A DNA stretch of 64,000 nucleotides from an uncultured euryarchaeote. GTDB taxonomy: Archaea; Thermoplasmatota; Poseidoniia; Poseidoniales; Poseidoniaceae. The DNA lies in assembly GCA_937899865.1 (NCBI GenBank), contig CALBRH010000055.1, positions 21,356 through 85,355 on the forward strand, read 5' to 3'. Shown here in pieces: positions 57,336 to 64,000 of the stretch. The position numbers were made by a program, and so were the translations under genes. The notes under the pieces were generated by a model. That model saw only the letters and a program-made list of their open reading frames with translations. It did no database searches and was not told the origin of the DNA. Each line of letters opens with the position of its first letter. The first letter of the stretch is position 1.

Positions 57336-58533
57336 AGCAATTAAGTCACAGTTACCCCACAGGCTGTACATGCACATATTGGTGATGACCCGAATTATGC
57401 CGGGCCATTCACTTGGCGGCATGCAAAAACAGACCATGGATTTGTGTAGTGGATTTGTTCAATCGGGCCATGATGTGACCGTAATTACTACTGCAAGAAA
57501 TGATGGAGTTGAATTTGAAACCATTGACGGTGTTAACATCTGTTACCTGTCCGGTTCAAAACCTGGATACTATAGCCGTAAATGGAATTCTTTGTGTCGT
57601 AAAAAAATCATCAAACTACATCAAGAAAGCCCTATTGACATTATTCACAGTCAATCGATGGGCGCCATAAGCGTATTGAAATGGGCCAAGAAGAATTCAA
57701 TTCCAATAGTATCAACGTGGCATGGTACAAGCCTTACAGAGATTTCGACTTTCTTTTCCTCAGCATCTTATCACCCACGCTACTGGCATTGGTTACTAAT
57801 CATGCCAATCACCTTGTTGAAGCGTTACATCACTATGGATTTAGCAGTTCGAAAGGCCAGTAAAAAAATAACTTTGGTCTCACCTACTTTGGAAAAAAAC
57901 ATCAAGTTTCTTGCTAAAGATAAAGTGGTTACAATTCCAAATGGAATAGAAATACCAGCATTGAATAACAAGTCAAACCAAAAGCCGATTCATTGTATAG
58001 CAATCGGTCGTATTGAGAAAGAAAAGGGCATTCATTATGCAATCAAATCAATAGCAAATCTACCTGAAGAATTACGCAACGATGTAGTTCTAAATGTGGT
58101 TGGACAAGGAGGTTATTTGTCTACATTGCAACGTCTAGCGCGTGATTTAAAGATTGAAGATTTTATCAAATTCCATGGCCGTGCTGACGATGAAACCCTA
58201 ACAGAAATTTACCATAATAGCCGCATTCACTTGATGCCAACTACTCGGCAAGAAGGTTTACCGCTAACCATCTTGGAAGGGATGGCATATGGCCTTGCAA
58301 CAATCGCTTCTGATATCGGTGGCATTCCAGGAGTAATCACTAATGATATTGATGGAATATTAACCGAACCAGGTAATCAAAATCAGCTCGATCAAATGTT
58401 AAGCAAATTACTTTCCAATAGTGATATGATTGAATCTATCGGCAAGGCAGCAAGAAATACCGCAGAATCACGCTATTCGAAACAACGAATGGTTGACGAA
58501 ACTCTAGAAGTGTTACTCAACGCCATAAAATGA
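57328..58533 (+). CDS. Glycosyltransferase family 4 (GT-B)
   Basis: GGMQKQ, DIIHSQ, TIPNGI, IGRIEKEKG, EGLPLTILEGMAYG, DIGGIPGVI. Confidence 0.92.
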   Translation: MIEAIKSQLPHRLYMHILVMTRIMPGHSLGGMQKQTMDLCSGFVQSGHDVTVITTARNDGVEFETIDGVNICYLSGSKPGYYSRKWNSLCRKKIIKLHQESPIDIIHSQSMGAISVLKWAKKNSIPIVSTWHGTSLTEISTFFSSASYHPRYWHWLLIMPITLLKRYITMDLAVRKASKKITLVSPTLEKNIKFLAKDKVVTIPNGIEIPALNNKSNQKPIHCIAIGRIEKEKGIHYAIKSIANLPEELRNDVVLNVVGQGGYLSTLQRLARDLKIEDFIKFHGRADDETLTEIYHNSRIHLMPTTRQEGLPLTILEGMAYGLATIASDIGGIPGVITNDIDGILTEPGNQNQLDQMLSKLLSNSDMIESIGKAARNTAESRYSKQRMVDETLEVLLNAIK

Positions 58534-58639
58534 CCACTTTATTGTTGACATTTGACAAATTAATTTCTGTCAGACAAGCCTACAATGTCTTTAAGAACAA
58601 AATTCAGAAGGTCAACATGTCGACGGGAGGGTTCTTGCT

Positions 58640-59293
58640 ATGTCTGATAGGGTAAGCGAACACTACGATGACGAATATTTCAATTGGCAATCTGAGGCTG
58701 GCGAATTTGGTGGTTGGGCCAATCAAACCAAATTCGTCAAATACATAACACAAGATGACGTGGTTTTGGACTTTGGCTGTGGCGGTGGATATTTACTGAA
58801 AAATATAGACTGCAAAAAGCGATTAGGTGTTGAGATAAATCCGCTGGCCGCTGAGACTGCGAAAAGAAACGGCGTTGAGGTTTACAGCAAAGTAGAGGAT
58901 GTTCAAGATGAATCCGTAGATGTCATAATTTCAAACCATGCCTTAGAACATGCACTCCAACCCTTGGATGAGTTAAGAGAACTTAAGAAAAAACTCAAGG
59001 TTGGGGGTAAAGTGATTTTTGTTGTCCCTTGTGAAAGTATCTCCATGAGGTATAAATCAGATGATATCAATCACCATCTATACACTTGGAGCCCTATGTG
59101 TCTTGGCAACCTGTTTGTTGAAGCCGGATACTCATTGATAGAGTCGAAGGCTTACATCCATAAATGGCCAAAAAGTTCAGTACTAATACGTAGAATTGGC
59201 GGTCGTCGCCTGTTTAACTTGGCTTGTAGAATATATGGAAGATTAAGCCGCTCCTCGTTTCAAGTGCGCGCTATAGGAAAGAAAGATGCATGA
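58640..59293 (+). CDS. Class I SAM-dependent methyltransferase
   Basis: VLDFGCGGG, LGVEIN, DVIISNHALEH, LKVGGKVIFVVP. Confidence 0.9.
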   Translation: MSDRVSEHYDDEYFNWQSEAGEFGGWANQTKFVKYITQDDVVLDFGCGGGYLLKNIDCKKRLGVEINPLAAETAKRNGVEVYSKVEDVQDESVDVIISNHALEHALQPLDELRELKKKLKVGGKVIFVVPCESISMRYKSDDINHHLYTWSPMCLGNLFVEAGYSLIESKAYIHKWPKSSVLIRRIGGRRLFNLACRIYGRLSRSSFQVRAIGKKDA

Positions 59294-59335
59294 GCATCAA
59301 ACAATAACTTTGACCTTCATCACTTGCAAATAAAA

Positions 59336-59953
59336 TCAGTGTTGAGTTAGGTCTTTGACTGTTTGAGCAAGTTTTTCTCTTTCTTCGTCACTTAGATTTG
59401 GCAAATATGGGTCATCGTCTTTCATGATGTTCTCCCATCCTGCCATTGCTCGAGCAAAGATTTCTTGGTCAACATTCCACTTGAACCAACGATCAACAAA
59501 ATCACAGTGCCTCTGGATATCTTCATCATTTTCAGCCATCTTTTTTAGAATGAGATTTGTTTGTAGCAAAATTATTGCAAAGTTTGGACTTATTTGATAG
59601 GTTTGAAACGGATTACGCTCCCCAATAATCGTCATGTGTTCACGCCACAAACCAAATGTCACATCGTAAACCACACCAACGATTAGGACTATGACTACTA
59701 CAGTAAGACCGATACCCATCAATCCAAAGTAGGTGGTAGAAATACCGGCAAAGGTAGAATTGCTTTCGAAACGCCAGCGCACATACGGCCAAATCAACAA
59801 TGTCAAGGTAGTAACCCAGAAAGCCATCGAAATTATTGTCTGACTTTGTTGTACGCGCCAATATTGTCGCATGAACCATTTCTTGAATGGAGAACCGCCA
59901 TCAGAACCGCTTGATTGCTCAGATACCATGACGAGCCCAGATAGGGTATTCAT
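59336..59953 (-). CDS. Hypothetical membrane protein (2 TM)
   Basis: 205-aa ORF with two hydrophobic helices. Start may be ATG 59929 (MVSEQ). Confidence 0.75.
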   Translation of the reverse strand: MNTLSGLVMVSEQSSGSDGGSPFKKWFMRQYWRVQQSQTIISMAFWVTTLTLLIWPYVRWRFESNSTFAGISTTYFGLMGIGLTVVVIVLIVGVVYDVTFGLWREHMTIIGERNPFQTYQISPNFAIILLQTNLILKKMAENDEDIQRHCDFVDRWFKWNVDQEIFARAMAGWENIMKDDDPYLPNLSDEEREKLAQTVKDLTQH

Positions 59954-60137
59954 TTAGAATATACCCTTTAATGGTAAGACAATCATCACATTAACGATAC
60001 AAATAAACTCATTCAAGCGATTTTTACACGTGGATTTGCAGGTTTGGGGATTTAAATCAACTCCAGTTTCCTGTTTTTTGCTTTATTTGTCGGCGAAAAA
60101 TATAATATTGTCATTTGGTTGATATATTCCGATTTAG

Positions 60138-63100
60138 ATGTCTAAAGCGCCTGTAAGACCAAGACGAAGAAACAGAAATATGATTCCTAATATTGAAAGA
60201 CCTGGGAGTTTATTTCAAACTGAACAACCTGCACCACTTACCGAAACACCGATTCAGAATTATCAAGGGCCTCGAGAAAATATTGAATTGCAAAAGTTCG
60301 CTCAACTTATTTTGTATGGAATTTCATTAGCCGCGATTTGGGGTGGCATCCTATCAATCGCATTCTTCAGTGAGTCAACAACGAATGAGAATTTCCTCGT
60401 GCTTGGTTTTGGCGGTATCATTTCTGCCTCAATGGCAATCGCGTTAGTTGAATGGCAGCGCCGAAGAGGTGGTAAAGAAGTTCAGAGTATTCACGGCTAT
60501 ATCATTGGTATTGGATTCTTCTTTTCAGCAGTCGGCGTACTTTACATGACTCGATTGCTGATTAGTATTGCGGCTGAATCAGGAGTTGGTTTATTCATAG
60601 ATGAAGGTAGACCTTGGCAAGAAGAAGATTGGCAACCTGCTGCTGAAGCAATATATGCACAATTAATCGCATGTATACTACTCGCATTAGGCCAATACTG
60701 GTACTTGAGGAAATTGAAAGGTGAAATCACATTCGGTCTCGCGGTCAACACACTAACCCCTCTTGCCGTTGTAATGATTGGTTTTGGACCATGGTTAGAT
60801 TGGTCTAACCAAGTTGTATCTTACGAACTTGGTGTTTCGATTATTTCCTTGTCTGCATTAGCCATGTGGCTTGCATTGCGTACAAATAACGGTATTATCT
60901 TCTCTATCGTTGCTGTCTTTAGTGGCCTAGTTCCTATACTGTACGAATTCGCCCACTCCCCAGAGGGAATCGTCGGCGGTGAAGGTGGAGCACTTTCACT
61001 AATGACATTCATAATTCTAATTCAAGGTGCTTTAGCTGCTGACGACAGACTAAGACAAGATCTAATGCAGTGGACTTCTATCTTCTTAGTTGGAGTAGTG
61101 ATTTATGCCATCTGGTTAGTAGGTTATGAAGACCTAAATCTAGTATTAGGCCCGCTAAGAGCCGATAATTTAGGTGACCTAGAAGGAGTACTAAATTTGC
61201 AAGTAATACTATGGATTACTGTACTAATTGCATATTTCCCTGCCACACTCAAACGAAGAATACCGTACATGCCTATTGGTCTAGCAGGATCATTATTCTT
61301 GTTTACTCCTGAATCAAGCGTCATTCCATGGATAATCGCTACGCTTATGCTCCCTTACTTGGTAATAATTTCAAAGGTCACCCGAAGATGGGTTGCTGAC
61401 TGGTCAGTTATTGCCATTAGCGGTGCGTTTTTGATACAAAGTTACCAGAATCCAATTGCCTCAGAATACGATTTCTTCGAAGAATTAATCTTACTAGCAA
61501 TTCTAGTCATTGTTGAATATTCTAGACGCAATGAACGTCTTTCTGACTTTTCAATAAATGTTGCAATTTCTGGCCTATTCCTATCAAAGGCAGTATTGTT
61601 TGGAACCAGTTGGTTGATTCCATGGGCAGTTGTATTCTACATTCTGATTACTGCATATCTACAACAACAAGATGCTGTTAAATCTGGAGAAGAAAGTAAG
61701 TTTGTTACTGCAAGTTTAGGAATTACAATTGCAATGATTTTGACTGTGATACTTTCTGCCTTTGACAGATTAGAATTACCAATGCTAGATGATTATCAAA
61801 ATATTCTTGATGGATTTAATGTAAGTCTTGCAATTGTTGCTCTTGCCGTATACCTAATGATGTTTAAGTTTAGAGATTCAGAATTAGATCTTGGATATTT
61901 GTTCAACCTAACTCAAGCAAAGGGGCAATCAATGGTACCAGTATTTGACCAAGACACTCAAACTTGGGTTAATCCATTTAGTGAATCAACTGAGAATATT
62001 GAAGGCTACGGCCCGTTAGCAAGATCGAGTCTATTAGGACCATTAGCGCTGATAATGATTTCAGTTTCATTCATTGACATTGATAGTTTGCTGACCGATG
62101 TACACTGGATTGGCATCATCATCATTCCAATTGCAATTTTGGTAAGAGAAGTATTGATGGAAGATGGAAATAGTTCGGTTTCTAGAGCCATTGCTGTTTG
62201 GGCTACTTTCATAATTTCCCTGCCTATTGCCTTCAAATTCTTAGCAAATAATTATGAAACCGATGAGTTACAAATCAACACTTTGTTATTTGACGTGATA
62301 TTGTTATCAGGTCCGATTATTGTTTCAGTATTGTTGAGAAGAGACAATATGGATAAAACCGAATTAAACGAAACTGCTGATGATTTTACTCTGTTTGGTC
62401 TGTTAGCATTGGGTCTACTCGATGCAAGTGGTGGACTGTTATTCCTATCCATGTACTCACTGGTAATTTATCGAGGTATATTGCACAAGCGAGTATTCAT
62501 CTTATGCGCAGCACCATTGGCAATATTCCTGTTCATGGATCGATTTATTATCGCTGGCTCACATATTGCACCGTTACTAGATTTCACTATACTTGACATG
62601 GTAATGAATGATAAGAATACTATTGGAATAACTATATTCTCATCAATGGTTCTTTCGATCAGTATGATGGCGATAATCATCAAATCAGTATTTGATTCGA
62701 AGAAAGAAAAAGAGGAAATTGAAATTCAACTACCGTTTACCGTGCCATTCATTTGGTTAACAATCGGTTTATTCGGTATGTTACCAGATGTAGCATGGCT
62801 ACCTACTGCAATGATTTTGTTGATTACTGTCTTTGCTTGGATTTCAGGCCGATTAGAAAGTTTCCCATTGCTGATGATTTCCATGTTTGCTGCTCTTGCA
62901 ATTGGCTTCAACAGTAACCTTGCTGATGGAGGAATCAGTAGTGATATCGAGCTGTGGGATGTAATCAGCTTATCGGCCTTCTATGGCGCAGTCTATGCAT
63001 TAATAATCAACCAAATGACAAAATCCGGTATTTTGTATCGATTTATGAATGAATCAACAATGCCAGTATCTGATGAAAAGGAAATAACACCACATTACCT

Positions 63101-63887
63101 TGTTTTGCTAAATAATGATGCAAGCAAAGCAATGTTTTTGGAATTCTCTAAAGGCATTACTATCGCTGGATTCCTGTTTTCATTTACTGCAGCATATGGA
63201 ATAGGGCCAATTATCGGTGCATTATATCTAACATACATGGTCATCAGTGACAAATACAGAAATATGTTCATGTTCTTGCCAGTAATACATATTTTAGCAT
63301 TCATTAATTTCGCAATACAGAATGATGATTTGATCACAGAAACTGCGTTCTTCCAACTAGCGGGATTAATTCTAATCGCAGAAGGTTTGTTATTGACATT
63401 ATACTCAAGCAAAGCAGAATACGCCTGGGAAATGTTTGATTGGGAGGATGAAGATGAATTCTACTCTTGGTTAGATAACTTGGGAATTGTTGCTATGTGT
63501 TATGTTGTAGCTGGATTTGTATTCGCTATGCAAAAAGTCGACACTGAAGAATTGGTTTGGGGACTGATGGCAGTCTACCTCAGCGGTATCGGGCTTCAGG
63601 GCTTTAGAGAAGATACTGAAGCGCCATGGCGACGAGGCTTTGGAACATTCGGTGCTATTATCTCACTATTCTTCTTATCAATGGCCATAGATACAGAAAT
63701 TTTCCGCTACATGACATGGATGTTCATAGGAATTGTAGCATTTGGATTTGGTATATTGTACATGAATAGATTGGGTGAAGTCAGTCAACTTTACGACATG
63801 GCAGGCCAAGCAAATCCACCTGCAGAGGATCTTGAACAAGAACCCAAAAAGCAAGAAGAAGAATTGGCTACTGATGATAATGAATGA
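60138..63887 (+). CDS. Large polytopic membrane protein of unknown function (1249 aa)
   Basis: Dozens of hydrophobic helices separated by short loops; soluble basic N-terminus and acidic C-terminus. Confidence 0.85.
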   Translation: MSKAPVRPRRRNRNMIPNIERPGSLFQTEQPAPLTETPIQNYQGPRENIELQKFAQLILYGISLAAIWGGILSIAFFSESTTNENFLVLGFGGIISASMAIALVEWQRRRGGKEVQSIHGYIIGIGFFFSAVGVLYMTRLLISIAAESGVGLFIDEGRPWQEEDWQPAAEAIYAQLIACILLALGQYWYLRKLKGEITFGLAVNTLTPLAVVMIGFGPWLDWSNQVVSYELGVSIISLSALAMWLALRTNNGIIFSIVAVFSGLVPILYEFAHSPEGIVGGEGGALSLMTFIILIQGALAADDRLRQDLMQWTSIFLVGVVIYAIWLVGYEDLNLVLGPLRADNLGDLEGVLNLQVILWITVLIAYFPATLKRRIPYMPIGLAGSLFLFTPESSVIPWIIATLMLPYLVIISKVTRRWVADWSVIAISGAFLIQSYQNPIASEYDFFEELILLAILVIVEYSRRNERLSDFSINVAISGLFLSKAVLFGTSWLIPWAVVFYILITAYLQQQDAVKSGEESKFVTASLGITIAMILTVILSAFDRLELPMLDDYQNILDGFNVSLAIVALAVYLMMFKFRDSELDLGYLFNLTQAKGQSMVPVFDQDTQTWVNPFSESTENIEGYGPLARSSLLGPLALIMISVSFIDIDSLLTDVHWIGIIIIPIAILVREVLMEDGNSSVSRAIAVWATFIISLPIAFKFLANNYETDELQINTLLFDVILLSGPIIVSVLLRRDNMDKTELNETADDFTLFGLLALGLLDASGGLLFLSMYSLVIYRGILHKRVFILCAAPLAIFLFMDRFIIAGSHIAPLLDFTILDMVMNDKNTIGITIFSSMVLSISMMAIIIKSVFDSKKEKEEIEIQLPFTVPFIWLTIGLFGMLPDVAWLPTAMILLITVFAWISGRLESFPLLMISMFAALAIGFNSNLADGGISSDIELWDVISLSAFYGAVYALIINQMTKSGILYRFMNESTMPVSDEKEITPHYLVLLNNDASKAMFLEFSKGITIAGFLFSFTAAYGIGPIIGALYLTYMVISDKYRNMFMFLPVIHILAFINFAIQNDDLITETAFFQLAGLILIAEGLLLTLYSSKAEYAWEMFDWEDEDEFYSWLDNLGIVAMCYVVAGFVFAMQKVDTEELVWGLMAVYLSGIGLQGFREDTEAPWRRGFGTFGAIISLFFLSMAIDTEIFRYMTWMFIGIVAFGFGILYMNRLGEVSQLYDMAGQANPPAEDLEQEPKKQEEELATDDNE

Positions 63888-64000
63888 ATAACATCCCAGA
63901 TGCTATTTGTGTAGGCTAATGCCTGTGTCAATCCAGTAACAGGGGTACCCTTCAAGGTGTATGTATCCACATGGTGGCGCCTTATATCCAAAGAGGGAGT

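Noticed and set aside
63960-64000. GGCGCCACCA on the minus strand resembling a tRNA 3' end or att site
   Set aside because: No T-arm (GTTCRA) upstream and no match to the three tRNAs in the window.
63791-64000. 3' end of a minus-strand gene entering from the right edge
   Set aside because: Two frames are open at the edge and too little sequence is visible to choose one or assign a function.
1-64000. CRISPR arrays, transposases, integrases, rRNA
   Set aside because: No regularly spaced direct repeats, DDE or tyrosine-recombinase motifs, or rRNA-like segments seen; nearly all sequence is accounted for by CDS or tRNA.

Overview
AT-rich archaeal chromosomal DNA, most consistent with Marine Group II Thermoplasmatota (Ca. 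Poseidoniales). This assignment is inferred from archaeal housekeeping genes (RFC small subunit, GatD, pelota, PolD DP1, Nob1, intron-containing tRNA-Met with a bulge-helix-bulge) alongside many acidic, membrane-anchored surface proteins. The window holds about 30 CDS and 3 tRNAs (Met-CAT with a 52-nt intron, Val-TAC, Glu-TTC). I saw no CRISPR array, integrase or transposase. The main feature is a co-oriented ~25 kb minus-strand envelope locus: a LolD/MacB-type ABC ATPase, a 1.5-kaa FtsX-type permease, a 1026-aa anchored surface protein and a 5514-aa giant surface protein. The giant protein's C-terminus reads TM anchor, acidic loop, internal class III (type IV prepilin) signal, ~177-aa pilin-like domain. 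This suggests an adhesin-pilin polyprotein that a prepilin peptidase might split. Both surface-protein genes are followed by related G.U-containing stem-loops with the same UUUCGG loop, and a perfect 16-bp palindrome lies just upstream of the giant gene's start. Other oddities: a >1940-aa six-unit DNRLRE-like protein missed by the ORF track, an anchored alpha/beta-hydrolase with Gly at the nucleophile position, a carboxyltransferase with a remodelled acyl-CoA lobe, a likely CTG start codon, and an accessory-looking gene block after tRNA-Glu. Family calls come from motif recognition by eye; no database search was run.
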